Source: Escherichia coli
GTDB lineage: Bacteria > Pseudomonadota > Gammaproteobacteria > Enterobacterales > Enterobacteriaceae
Length of the DNA: 64,000 nt
Assembly: GCA_025336685.1 (NCBI GenBank)
Contig: GCA_025336685.1_4717.1
Reading direction: 5' to 3' (one strand)
Notes under the pieces: generated by a model
The model's database searches: none
What the model saw: the letters and a program-made list of their open reading frames with translations, nothing else
Told to the model about the DNA's origin: nothing
Translations under genes and position numbers: made by a program
In this document: positions 47,670-57,239 of the stretch, in pieces
Numbering within the stretch: position 1 is the stretch's first letter
Layout: the number at the start of each line of letters is the position of its first letter

Positions 47670-48925
47670 AAGTCGGCATTGTATCCCTTAAGGATCATCA
47701 CGCTTAACCCGATGGTGTTATCCTGCGGATCGCGTTTAACCTTGGTGATTTCAAGACATTGGTTACTGCTTCGGTCAAGTGATGGGTTTCGAACAAAACC
47801 ACACACAATCCCATCGAACGGTGTATCGGCAATAAGCTCATCGTGTAGCTCGCTCATCATCGGGTGGTAATTACGGACATGTTCCGCAACGAACGCACGT
47901 GCTGCTCTTGGTGAATAACCACGATGGAATAACTTGGATTGGATGTGTTCTTTATTGGTTAATGTAAATGGCGCGTATGGGAAATGCAGATGATAATAAC
48001 GATGGTTCGCTGTTATCGAACTGATTACGGTACGCGTGGTGAATGGGTGTAATGTACCTAATATGTTTTTACGCGTGATACCTTTCTTCTTACCGATGAA
48101 CTCATCGAAAATCGCCGAGTGGTACTGCAGCAGCTTCAGTTGTACTTTCGCCATCCAGTTTTCTTTCTTTCTGGCGCTCAAAGGTGTTGTTGGGTGATAG
48201 ATACTATTCAATGTGCCGATAGCATCGATCGCACCTTCCATTTTGCTATCTGCATAACGGCCGGTCGGTGTATTTTCGATAACGAACATCATGGCCGCAG
48301 GAAAGCTGATATACTGGCTGAAGAACTTATCACGATGGATACGGATGAATTCTCGTAGCGTGTCAACTTTCTCTGTGTTCTTCGGTCCACGTAACGTAGG
48401 TCCTTTATACAAGATCTCCATGATGCGATCGAAGTTCTGTATAAAGCTATTTACGCCACGTCGTATCCCGAATACATCGAATTGCTGCTCCAGATAGTTC
48501 TTGAGTTCGATGGGTCGTTTTACATTTGGACGGTAACTGGCATCAATGAGCCACGTCATCGTTTCGAAGCTTTTGATATTCAACTCGCTTGCCAGCACGA
48601 GATGGACCAACGGGTTAATGAACGCATCGATTCCTTCAGGGACACGCGCCCAGACCGTCGAACGAATCTCCTGTTCTGCTGGGTAGGTCACAACCGTTTT
48701 ACAGTTTGGACACACCGTGCCGAGCAGCTCACCACGATTGTAAAAACCGCATCCACATTGCGGTGTGATATCCAACGTATCGCTGGAGTAAACACGGGTG
48801 ATAAAACTGTTTAATTTCTTCTTCTCTTCGACGACTTTTGTATCGTAATCGTTCAACAAAATCGGCGTAAAGGGAAGTTCTGCGAGCTGTCTATCGAAAC
48901 TCACGATATCGAGCATGATGGCCAT
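47670..48925 (-). CDS. RNA polymerase beta-prime-like N-terminal subunit, exon 1
   Basis: Zinc-ribbon CGCGFYNRGELLGTVCPNCK; C-terminal ...IGLSVMILKGYNADF parallels bacterial ...LHPLVCAAYNADF; the ORF reads through into the intron as SFFN-stop. Confidence 0.8.
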
Positions 48926-48967
48926 GGGACATCTCCTACAAATGAAAAAGAACGTTAGGACGTATAA

Positions 48968-48991
48968 GGGAGGGAGGTTGCCCTCCCTCCC
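48968..48991 (-). terminator. hairpin GGGAGGGAGG-TTGC-CCTCCCTCCC upstream of the beta-prime-like gene
   Basis: 10-bp perfect stem. Confidence 0.5.
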
Positions 48992-49017
48992 GTCAGATTA
49001 CATCGAACGTTCTTCCA

Positions 49018-50913
49018 TTAGAACAGGTTGAATGCCCCACCCATGTTGTTACCGCCAACATTCGGACGATCGCTACGTGCATAGATGTTGCCGGAGATGT
49101 TACCCAGACCACGAGCACGTGCTGCTGTGTTACCACGAACAGCGGTACCTGCCAGATGCTGGATGTTCTCAGGACGGATGGTGAAGCCAGCTTCGGCAGC
49201 CGCTTCAATCAATGCCGCAAGCGCATTCGGTTCGAAATCGTAACGCATTGCCCAACCGGTTTGTTCCCAGCTACCAGACAGAACGCGATCGATGATTTCG
49301 TGACGAGCAACAACACGCTGAGACATCGACATATCGGTACGGTCGAAGCTGTCTTCCCAAGCTTCTACGGTATCCGGGTTAGTGATGTTCATCATGTACA
49401 GATCGTCCATATCACGAATATCGTGACGGTGGCCATCCTGGTGGTTGTAGTGACCCAGCGGGATACGGTTACCGGTAGCGTACACTAACGGCTGGCCGTA
49501 TTGATATTTCTTGCTGAAGCAACCCAGGGTGGTATCATCGAATGCACGATAGAGTGCTTTATAGCCTTCGGAGATTTCTTGAACTTTACCGTCAACGTTG
49601 CCCGTAAAGATCTTCTCAGCTGCAGGGATCATACGCAGCAACCAGCTATATTCACCTTCTTCCGGTACATCGATAGAAATCAGCAGAGACGGATACAGTA
49701 CCTGTTGCAGGAACTTGTAAATCTGCTCGTTGGTTTGAGTAGACAGATCCAGCGGTGCGGTAACTTCCGGATCCAGTACCATTGCCAGAGCACCCGGGTT
49801 ATGAGGACCGATGCCACGAGCAGCGTTGCTGATTAAAGACTGTGCCCACGCCATACCGCTGTTCAGCGTAGCGATGGTACCAATCAGACCTAACACGAAA
49901 GTGTTCGGAGTGAACGCATCCAGCTCCAGCGGGTAAGCGCTGGTCATCACGTAACGCGGCTGGTATTGTACAGTCGGCGGTACCGGATAACCGTTAACCA
50001 GAACAGGACCTTGGTTGAAGGTCGGGTTCTGCGGGCTGTAGGTCAGGTCAATGTAACCAGTGGTTGCGACCAGGCGCTGTTGACTATCGTAATCGCTCAT
50101 CGCTTGACGGATACGGTTAGAGATAGTTACAGTGATGTCAGAACGTACTGGGTTACCGACGATATCGCTGTCCTGCATACCGCTGGTGTTGTACTGAACG
50201 CTGCTGATCGGCTGATCGCTTGCCATCATGCCCAGGTTGAACTGCGGCAGGCCCAGTTTATCGCCGAGACGGATTTCGATCGCGGTTTGGATTGCGTTAT
50301 CTGCAGCAGACAACAGGGTGGTTGCCAGATGTGCAGATTCAGCGGTGATTTCATTGGTCACCACAGCCAGACCGGCGATACGAACAGTACCATTAGCCTT
50401 ACCACCAATAGCCGCATACATTGCCGCCATGACTTCGTTGATGAACGTGCCGTTCAGGTTATCAACCCAGGTACGTGGTACCAGAATGTTACCATGCGGA
50501 CCTTGTTCTTCACGACGCGGCAGCGGAGCCAAACCGGCAACCAGCGGAAGCACATAACCGAAGAAGTGGTTATGGTCACCAACTTTTGCACCGCTCATAA
50601 CAACCAGGGTCGGATACGGTACACTGTACTGGTTAGGATCGACGGTCACCATGATGAAGTCGTCTTTGAATCCTTTATCTTCCAGTTCTTTTTCCATCAG
50701 ACGGCGGAGATTCAGTACCTGCTCGGAGCCAGTATTACGGCTAATACGACGGCTCAGTGTACGGTTGATCGTACGCATCGTATGAGTTACTTTAGGCTGG
50801 CCAGCAAAATCTGCAGCGGTTTCCAGCGCCTCATCAGCACGTTGTGCGGTGCGGGTTTCAGCTGCACGAATTTCTACATTATCGTTACCGTTATTACGTA
50901 CGTCTAAGCCCAT
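49018..50913 (-). CDS. 631-aa protein, candidate nuclear-shell protein (chimallin-like); function inferred only from size, promoter and position
   Basis: Long ORF with AGAGGAA RBS, promoter-like motif upstream, immediately upstream of the beta-prime-like gene; I recall a similar arrangement in phiKZ. Confidence 0.45.
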   Translation of the reverse strand: MGLDVRNNGNDNVEIRAAETRTAQRADEALETAADFAGQPKVTHTMRTINRTLSRRISRNTGSEQVLNLRRLMEKELEDKGFKDDFIMVTVDPNQYSVPYPTLVVMSGAKVGDHNHFFGYVLPLVAGLAPLPRREEQGPHGNILVPRTWVDNLNGTFINEVMAAMYAAIGGKANGTVRIAGLAVVTNEITAESAHLATTLLSAADNAIQTAIEIRLGDKLGLPQFNLGMMASDQPISSVQYNTSGMQDSDIVGNPVRSDITVTISNRIRQAMSDYDSQQRLVATTGYIDLTYSPQNPTFNQGPVLVNGYPVPPTVQYQPRYVMTSAYPLELDAFTPNTFVLGLIGTIATLNSGMAWAQSLISNAARGIGPHNPGALAMVLDPEVTAPLDLSTQTNEQIYKFLQQVLYPSLLISIDVPEEGEYSWLLRMIPAAEKIFTGNVDGKVQEISEGYKALYRAFDDTTLGCFSKKYQYGQPLVYATGNRIPLGHYNHQDGHRHDIRDMDDLYMMNITNPDTVEAWEDSFDRTDMSMSQRVVARHEIIDRVLSGSWEQTGWAMRYDFEPNALAALIEAAAEAGFTIRPENIQHLAGTAVRGNTAARARGLGNISGNIYARSDRPNVGGNNMGGAFNLF

Positions 50914-50976
50914 TTGGGATTCCTCTTTTCTTAACCTTTATTAAATGACGTCATTGAATCAGCTTCTACTCGCTCA

Positions 50977-51010
50977 TTCACCTAGGTAATATAACCCTGA
51001 AATTTTTTTC
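50977..51010 (-). promoter_or_regulatory. conserved promoter-like motif (TATATTAC core), copy 4
   Basis: Plus strand TTCACCTAGGTAATATAACCCTGAAATTTTTTTC, ~65-95 nt upstream of start 50913. Confidence 0.5.
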
Positions 51011-51167
51011 AATATTGGTGTAACCGCATTGAACGATATAAACCCCTAGGCGAACGCTGCCGAGAAGCAACATTCTTTCTACATATAATCAGGATATGTC
51101 TGTAAACTTTTACTTCTCTTATTGAGAGTAATGTCATATCCGTTTACCATCTTCTTACGGAGTTCGT

Positions 51168-52262
51168 ATGTTTCGTGTTTTAAATAACCTCCCGCGAACA
51201 TCATCGGGTGTGCAACCCGTCCCTCAGAAAGACTATCTAATACGCGAAGTTCAAAGAAACCTACAGACAATCCAGAACCACTATCAGGGTTTTACCTTCG
51301 CGGTTCAGAGCGATCACATCCTTGCGTTGCTGCTCGCACAGCTCCCTATGAGATACGACATCTCAGTACAAACTTACTACGACATGATTCTCGATCTTAC
51401 TCCAGAATTGGGTAATCGTGTTAAGTTGACAACATCAAGATACGCGGGTAAGTTATTCGACGGAGCCTTCTATCCGGGATTGCATGAAGCTATTATCGCA
51501 ACCGGTGAAAGTCGTCTTATTTCACGTGACGTTCTTGACAACTGGCGTAATTGGTCACCAGTTAGAATCGTGACGCACCCATACGCAAATCTTCGTTACA
51601 TTCCTCTTCACCAAAAGCAGGTTGAGGAAGGACGGGGGTTTGCGGTCATTATGGTTGATGTACCTTTATTAGCGCTACAGTATCGAATGTGGTCTTTGGT
51701 CATGGGGCATAACGTCGATGGTAAATGGGTGGTTAAAGAACCGGTTACAAGCTTCCTTGCGAGTTTTCCGTTGGTTAACGCATTATACTCACACAACGAT
51801 GTTGTCGTACGCAACCGCTGTTTGTGGGTATCTCCGGCTAAGAATCCACTCAAATCACCAATTTACGTTAACGACCTTGATAACGTATTCGACCAAGTCG
51901 CTCTGTCCGTACAGCATCATTTATTACGAAGAAGACGAAGCTACACCGACATGCTTAAACAGATACCGAGTTTATACGGGGATCAGTACCAAGCAACCCG
52001 AATGGGCTACACCGTTGATCTTCGACAAACCCGATGGGCAAGGGATCTGGGTTGTCTGTCATTATGGCAGCAACTCGTCACGTTGCAAAACGTATCTGAA
52101 AGCGTCGGATTTAGCAGTCAAATCGATAACGACCTGTACCGTGCTGCCGACCGGAGTCTAAAAGAAGGTAACTGGGAATCCTCTCCGTTACCTGGCGATT
52201 TAAGACGTGAAGTTATTGCACAGGTTGCCGACCTCTTAAAAATTCTTCCTGCTGGTGCATAA
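51168..52262 (+). CDS. hypothetical protein
   Basis: 364-aa plus-strand ORF with GGAG RBS. Confidence 0.5.
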   Translation: MFRVLNNLPRTSSGVQPVPQKDYLIREVQRNLQTIQNHYQGFTFAVQSDHILALLLAQLPMRYDISVQTYYDMILDLTPELGNRVKLTTSRYAGKLFDGAFYPGLHEAIIATGESRLISRDVLDNWRNWSPVRIVTHPYANLRYIPLHQKQVEEGRGFAVIMVDVPLLALQYRMWSLVMGHNVDGKWVVKEPVTSFLASFPLVNALYSHNDVVVRNRCLWVSPAKNPLKSPIYVNDLDNVFDQVALSVQHHLLRRRRSYTDMLKQIPSLYGDQYQATRMGYTVDLRQTRWARDLGCLSLWQQLVTLQNVSESVGFSSQIDNDLYRAADRSLKEGNWESSPLPGDLRREVIAQVADLLKILPAGA

Positions 52263-52281
52263 CCACCTCCTTCTTTCCACG

Positions 52282-52313
52282 CATCCTCCCAACCCGTAAG
52301 GGAAGGGAGGATG
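52282..52313. terminator. hairpin CATCCTCCC ... GGGAGGATG between convergent genes
   Basis: 9-bp outer stem plus inner CCC-GTAA-GGG. Confidence 0.45.
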
Positions 52314-52328
52314 GGGTGGTGGGTTATG

Positions 52329-54482
52329 TTATTCTGCGGTTTCTTGCTTCGGTAAATAACTTGCTGCGATGTCTTGGGCCAACAATGTATTGTTTTTATT
52401 CGAGATGAAAATACCGTAACTTTCCATTAACGCATAATACGAACGAACGAGCGTAGAGATCAGTCGACGAATATCCATACCTTGAATAAAGATATCAGGA
52501 AGCCCGGAGGCTTCGATCACCGGTAATGGTATCGTTAAGTTGCTTATCGTTTTCTTATCGTTACGTACAATCCAATCACGGAAACGTTGTTGTAACCCTT
52601 TATCCTCCCATGAATCAATCCAATCATTAAGAAGCGTTTTGTTCTTCGTCGCCAGCGGTACACGAACCCCAACATAAGGCGGTTCAGAGCAATGGCCGTA
52701 CGATTGAGCAAACACCTCTTCCCACATATCGTAAGACTGTTTCGTTACTGCAACATGTGGTTTCACTTTAACACGTGTTAAGAAATCGGGGTCACCTCGT
52801 TTCATTGACTCAACGATTTCGTTTTCTAACGAGATGATATCATCAAGAACCAATCGAATACTGATCTTCTCGTTACGTAACAGCTTATCCATGATACCAC
52901 ACATCATCCGCTCAACACGTTGGACGATCATCTTCGGCGCTGATGCGTCGCGCATAACAGGGCCTTTCAATTCCAGCTTCGGTGGATTGATAGGAACCCC
53001 TTCACGCATGGTCATGTATCCGTAATAGTTTTTACCCATCGAGGTTAACGACAGGATTAAGAACATATATTCGTTCTTCATCTCCATTACGTACATATGC
53101 TCTTTCGCTACACCGATATTACCAGAACACATCGCCATCAGATGAACCGTAATCTGCGTAACCAGATAGATAAGCGTGTTTGCTAAGCGCGTCGAAATTG
53201 GATTGATCTCCATATTTCCAAATCGCCACTGAACCCACTCCTGGCAGGTAAACACCGTCGAGTCGGTATCAGACAACACACCCACTTCACGGATTGCCGA
53301 CGGAAAAGCATAAACGCCTGCCGGTTGGTTCTCGGTACGCCATAACGCCTTAATTAAATCAGCGTAGCTTTGGATGCGTTGCAGCATTAATTTTGTCGTT
53401 GCTGCAGTAAGACGATAACCGAGTTCATTTCCTTTTTCTAGCGCTACGTAAATCGCTTCCCCGTTCAAGAACTCCGTGCATTGTGCTGTAATCCAAGCTA
53501 CCGTGTTGTTATCCATGGAAGCAATAATGGCTTTAGCCTCTTCCATCGTTTCAACAGGTTCGGATGCCAGTTCACATAACGAGTCAAGAAAATCTCGAAC
53601 AAATTCAGGATTAAGCTCACGTAACGAGTACAGGTTATTGCTGTACATGTAGCAGGCACGTTCCAACGGCGTTAAACCGGTAATTAGCTCCCGGATGGTC
53701 AGCTCTTTCTCTGGGTCGAAAGTATACCGATGTAAGCATTTCGATACGTTAGCCCAAACCTCTTCCGGCGTAGGGTAATGCAGTTTGTATTTTACCATTA
53801 CCTGCTCAATGGCTTTACGATCGCTGTTACGGACAATACTCACGATGTTTTCAATTGCGATATCACAATCGTAATAATGGAAATTACCCGCAAGGAAGCG
53901 TTCGTTGTTCGCATTGGCTGAACCTGAAGCACAGCGACATGTTGTCGTTAGACTCGGATGCGCGATCGGATTGTAAAATGGGTTAAACTTGGACGCTTGG
54001 GTTCCTGACAAGCTGTTGTTATCTAACTTGGTGTTGGTTTGTCGTTTATCGTGTAACTCAGCTTCGTCTTTACGTCCGTGAGCTTGCGCTATCGACATTT
54101 GTTTCTTCTGTTTCTTACGCAACTTACCGTTTTCAACCGCAAAGTCGCTTAGCACACTGGAACGTGTTTCACGTGGATAACAGTTAGCCCATACCGGCGT
54201 GATAATTAAATTATTTTCTTTAATATCGTTGAAGTATTGGCTGAACTTGATGACTTCTTTTTCTCGGTTTCCTTCAGTACGCTGTGTTAGTACAAGGCAG
54301 TCGGGATCAACCATCCCGTATTTTCCACCAGGACTAACCGTATCAAGAACAAACTGCAACGCTTCCTGCTGAGAAATCCCACGCATGCGCATTAAGAACA
54401 GGGTATAATCCTGTACCGCTTCTTTGGTCATATCCAACGTACGGCCATATCCGTTTTCATCGTAAAAGAACGGATTTTCCAT
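52329..54482 (-). CDS. hypothetical 717-aa protein
   Basis: Long ORF, GGAGG RBS; no confident motif. Confidence 0.55.
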   Translation of the reverse strand: MENPFFYDENGYGRTLDMTKEAVQDYTLFLMRMRGISQQEALQFVLDTVSPGGKYGMVDPDCLVLTQRTEGNREKEVIKFSQYFNDIKENNLIITPVWANCYPRETRSSVLSDFAVENGKLRKKQKKQMSIAQAHGRKDEAELHDKRQTNTKLDNNSLSGTQASKFNPFYNPIAHPSLTTTCRCASGSANANNERFLAGNFHYYDCDIAIENIVSIVRNSDRKAIEQVMVKYKLHYPTPEEVWANVSKCLHRYTFDPEKELTIRELITGLTPLERACYMYSNNLYSLRELNPEFVRDFLDSLCELASEPVETMEEAKAIIASMDNNTVAWITAQCTEFLNGEAIYVALEKGNELGYRLTAATTKLMLQRIQSYADLIKALWRTENQPAGVYAFPSAIREVGVLSDTDSTVFTCQEWVQWRFGNMEINPISTRLANTLIYLVTQITVHLMAMCSGNIGVAKEHMYVMEMKNEYMFLILSLTSMGKNYYGYMTMREGVPINPPKLELKGPVMRDASAPKMIVQRVERMMCGIMDKLLRNEKISIRLVLDDIISLENEIVESMKRGDPDFLTRVKVKPHVAVTKQSYDMWEEVFAQSYGHCSEPPYVGVRVPLATKNKTLLNDWIDSWEDKGLQQRFRDWIVRNDKKTISNLTIPLPVIEASGLPDIFIQGMDIRRLISTLVRSYYALMESYGIFISNKNNTLLAQDIAASYLPKQETAE

Positions 54483-54556
54483 AAATCCTCCAAAAGTTAT
54501 TTAGTCTGTCTACATCATCTCGTATATCTGTTAAAAAAGAAGGACGGCATAAAAAG

Positions 54557-54584
54557 AACCGATCCAGCCGAAGCCAGATCGGTT
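54557..54584 (-). terminator. hairpin AACCGATC ... GATCGGTT followed on the minus strand by CUUUUUAUGCCG
   Basis: 8-bp stem, U-rich tail. Confidence 0.55.
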
Positions 54585-54638
54585 TAAAGGATAATAACTG
54601 ACTGAAAGATATCGATGATGTTCGTGAAACAAGATCTT

Positions 54639-54687
54639 CTCTCGTGTTACAATGATGCCAGATCAGAGGGAGGTTGTAACACGAGAG
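54639..54687. repeat. perfect 14-bp inverted repeat CTCTCGTGTTACAA / TTGTAACACGAGAG with 21-nt spacer
   Basis: Lies in the 300-nt intergenic region between the 54781 stop and the 54482 start. Confidence 0.6.
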
Positions 54688-54780
54688 ATGGTTCGCCAAA
54701 GAAGGAATAAAAAACACGAACCTATCTTATTTCACTGATGGCACTAACCACTCAAAATATATAGTACCGTATGTAAAAGT

Positions 54781-55194
54781 TTACTGATTAATCAAGTCGT
54801 TAGCAACAATCTTGGTGTAACCCGCCTGATTAAGAATTTGATTAATTTTTGTCATGTCGGTCGCATCCTCGATAACGATGCTAGGTTTATAGATCAGCGT
54901 CTTGGTAACGACGATCGTGCTCTCCTTAATCCAAGGAATCCCTAAAATCACATACTCACCATCAGCTGTGATGACCTCGACGTAATTGTACTTCGTCGGA
55001 TCGTTCGGTACACTCGACGGGAGCCGGGAATAAATCTGTTGGTGAATGGCGTCCACATCGCGGCCGTTACGTACGGCGGTACGATAATTGTACACCGCGC
55101 TAATTTCTACTCCGTTGAAGTTAACCCCAAGTTCTGGGGCGTACACATCAAAACTCACAACAGAGCCAATCTTTTCTAAATCAGAAGCTGGCAT
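54781..55194 (-). CDS. hypothetical protein
   Basis: 137-aa ORF, RBS AAGGA. Confidence 0.45.
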   Translation of the reverse strand: MPASDLEKIGSVVSFDVYAPELGVNFNGVEISAVYNYRTAVRNGRDVDAIHQQIYSRLPSSVPNDPTKYNYVEVITADGEYVILGIPWIKESTIVVTKTLIYKPSIVIEDATDMTKINQILNQAGYTKIVANDLINQ

Positions 55195-55205
55195 AATAGC
55201 ATCCT

Positions 55206-55727
55206 TTATTTAAAAATGTATTCATATCCGAAAGTCGTCGCCGACCAGACCCGGATAGATGATAGTGTTCCACCACGATAAAACGTTTTTGTGAACTCCA
55301 TATCCTGGACAACACGATAATAAACACGTCCGATAATACGTACGATAAGATATCGTGATAACGATCTCTCCTCGCAGTACTCATCGATAAAGTCATCGTC
55401 GATATCCGATAAGACAACATCTGCGATTTCTTGCAGTAGATTCCTCATCAGCATCTGCCTTCCTTCGGTACCCCACCCAGACAAACAGTAATCGTCTTCC
55501 GCCTGACTATAGATGTCGTTAACCGCCTGTTCGAGCAGTTGCTCAAGATAGTAGTCATCGCGCTTTATAACGTGGCGACGGCGCTCAGTGGCGTATTTTT
55601 CCATCCTGTGTTTCTCTTGTTCGGCGTATGTATTAACGACGCCACAGTCTTTTCTGGATCGTCCCACAATGCGCGACGAAAACTGGATACTACCATAACG
55701 GTAGGATAGATTTGTACGACCTCCCAC
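55206..55727 (-). CDS. hypothetical protein (start uncertain)
   Basis: ORF from track; overlaps upstream ORF by >100 nt if the first start is used. Confidence 0.3.
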   Translation of the reverse strand: MGGRTNLSYRYGSIQFSSRIVGRSRKDCGVVNTYAEQEKHRMEKYATERRRHVIKRDDYYLEQLLEQAVNDIYSQAEDDYCLSGWGTEGRQMLMRNLLQEIADVVLSDIDDDFIDEYCEERSLSRYLIVRIIGRVYYRVVQDMEFTKTFYRGGTLSSIRVWSATTFGYEYIFK

Positions 55728-56053
55728 CCGTAACGATGCGTGTTAGTCGTACGACCGACATTGAACAGACATAACTGATTTAAGAAACAGAGCTGCATCT
55801 TCGTAAACAACACCATGTCTTCACGTTTAACGTATCCGAGGATATATGCATTCTCGAACGCCTCGCGTGACAAGACAGGACGATTAAGATACCGCAACGC
55901 TAATACCAGCAACGTTGTTATACGCAACGGATCTTCCGGGTCATTCATGGTGTTCAGCTCTGCTTGTAACCAGTCGGGGATAGTAACCGTCAGACGATAG
56001 GTATCTGTTCCACGATCAACCACATTCAACGTTGAAAAAGGCAACATATCCAT
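55565..56053 (-). CDS. hypothetical protein (start uncertain)
   Basis: ORF from track. Confidence 0.3.
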   Translation of the reverse strand: MDMLPFSTLNVVDRGTDTYRLTVTIPDWLQAELNTMNDPEDPLRITTLLVLALRYLNRPVLSREAFENAYILGYVKREDMVLFTKMQLCFLNQLCLFNVGRTTNTHRYGWEVVQIYPTVMVVSSFRRALWDDPEKTVASLIHTPNKRNTGWKNTPLSAVATL

Positions 56054-56591
56054 GAATTCCTTCTAGCTCGAGGTTGTTCTCGACGGTCTTCGGTAATAAC
56101 CCACTGGCCGTTAACATCTGTGTCATCGAGTAATCAAAGCACGGAAATATAAGGTTAACGGTTTCCTGGATCGCGTCAACATAACTATAAATGGCTTCAT
56201 AATACTCACCGTCATGATCTACGCTAACCAGTTCCTGACACAGTTCTTCGCTTATCATTTCATATACCGGTGGATACCACGATTGAAATGGTCGCTGCAT
56301 ACGTAACGACCAGTACTCGTACGTCGTATACTGAAGCACGTCATAAGCCGATACGTTAATGCGGTCGAAGAAAGCATACTTGTCCATATGCTGATACAAC
56401 ATCGCCAGTACGGTTTCCAAGCACACCGATATCCGCACGCCATCATCTTTCCCGTTAAGAAAATTAGGTTTCTGCCGATAACGCACAAATGCCGACGGCT
56501 TTGATTGTATTATTCCACCACCAACCATAACGTCATACTCGTATCTAACGTAAAATTGAAATGCCACCAATCTTCTACACGTGGAATCCAT
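56016..56591 (-). CDS. hypothetical protein (start uncertain)
   Basis: ORF from track; no good RBS at any candidate start. Confidence 0.3.
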   Translation of the reverse strand: MDSTCRRLVAFQFYVRYEYDVMVGGGIIQSKPSAFVRYRQKPNFLNGKDDGVRISVCLETVLAMLYQHMDKYAFFDRINVSAYDVLQYTTYEYWSLRMQRPFQSWYPPVYEMISEELCQELVSVDHDGEYYEAIYSYVDAIQETVNLIFPCFDYSMTQMLTASGLLPKTVENNLELEGIHGYVAFFNVECG

Positions 56592-56995
56592 GTACGAAGG
56601 ATTTGGTTAACTTCGCTTCGCATCACCGATAAACGACAACGAAAGTCGAACTTCTCATCGTGGCCGTAGTCTTCATGCATGAAAACTTCATCCAAAACGA
56701 ACTCAAGTTGCGTGTCTACATCACGACCGGAGATATTTCGTTTGTACAGATACAGTTCAATCGTGTCGTAAAGCAACGTATGAATATCATAATTTCCGTT
56801 CGGCGAGAAATAAGGTAATCGCTCATCGAGCATCGAAAACAGATACTCACTGTAGTTTAATAACGGGATGATGTACCGACGTCCGGTCTGTGGTGTGCGA
56901 ATATGTATCGAAACCTGACTTGGACGCGGAATAGCCGACGGCTTAGAATCGTCTCTCTGAAATTGCTCTAAAGATCGCAACAAAGGTGGCCGCAT
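56510..56995 (-). CDS. hypothetical protein
   Basis: ATG 56995 (MRPPLLRS) with GGAGAG RBS. Confidence 0.35.
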   Translation of the reverse strand: MRPPLLRSLEQFQRDDSKPSAIPRPSQVSIHIRTPQTGRRYIIPLLNYSEYLFSMLDERLPYFSPNGNYDIHTLLYDTIELYLYKRNISGRDVDTQLEFVLDEVFMHEDYGHDEKFDFRCRLSVMRSEVNQILRTWIPRVEDWWHFNFTLDTSMTLWLVVE

Positions 56996-57239
56996 TGTAA
57001 CTCTCCAACGCCCAATTGTAAGGCCCTTCCAACATGTGTTCCCATACGTGAATAAACTCACTACCGAAGACAGGCTCGAGCGCCATGGTGAGATTCGTAA
57101 GTTCTGACGCTGCCGCATGGTAAGCATCAACATGTCTTTCCATCGACGGATCGTCTTCATTGAAAATACGTTCTGTGTCGCCAGCCCTCTCAATAAGTTC
57201 GGTAATGAGATCTGTCCATGTTTCGTGGCACGTCATCAT
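56943..57239 (-). CDS. hypothetical protein
   Basis: ATG-ATG at 57239/57236 (MMTCHETW) with AGGAA upstream. Confidence 0.3.
   Translation of the reverse strand: MMTCHETWTDLITELIERAGDTERIFNEDDPSMERHVDAYHAAASELTNLTMALEPVFGSEFIHVWEHMLEGPYNWALESYNAATFVAIFRAISERRF

Noticed and set aside
49966-50907. 313-aa plus-strand ORF, and similar plus-strand ORFs at 35914..37500, 28355..29899 and 32538..33458
   Set aside because: Each lies entirely antisense within a longer, RBS-supported minus-strand gene and has low-complexity, Arg/Cys-rich composition; treated as shadow ORFs
52329-54482. 717-aa protein as a family B DNA polymerase because of SDTDS, NNLYSL and KNYYGY words
   Set aside because: The three words occur in the order A-like, C-like, B-like, not the A-B-C order of family B polymerases, and no exonuclease motifs were seen
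54483-54560. ACAGACUAAAUAA on the minus strand resembling a group I intron R element, considered as a third intron
   Set aside because: No P, Q or S elements accompany it, no complementary UAGUC partner follows, and no gene is visibly split here
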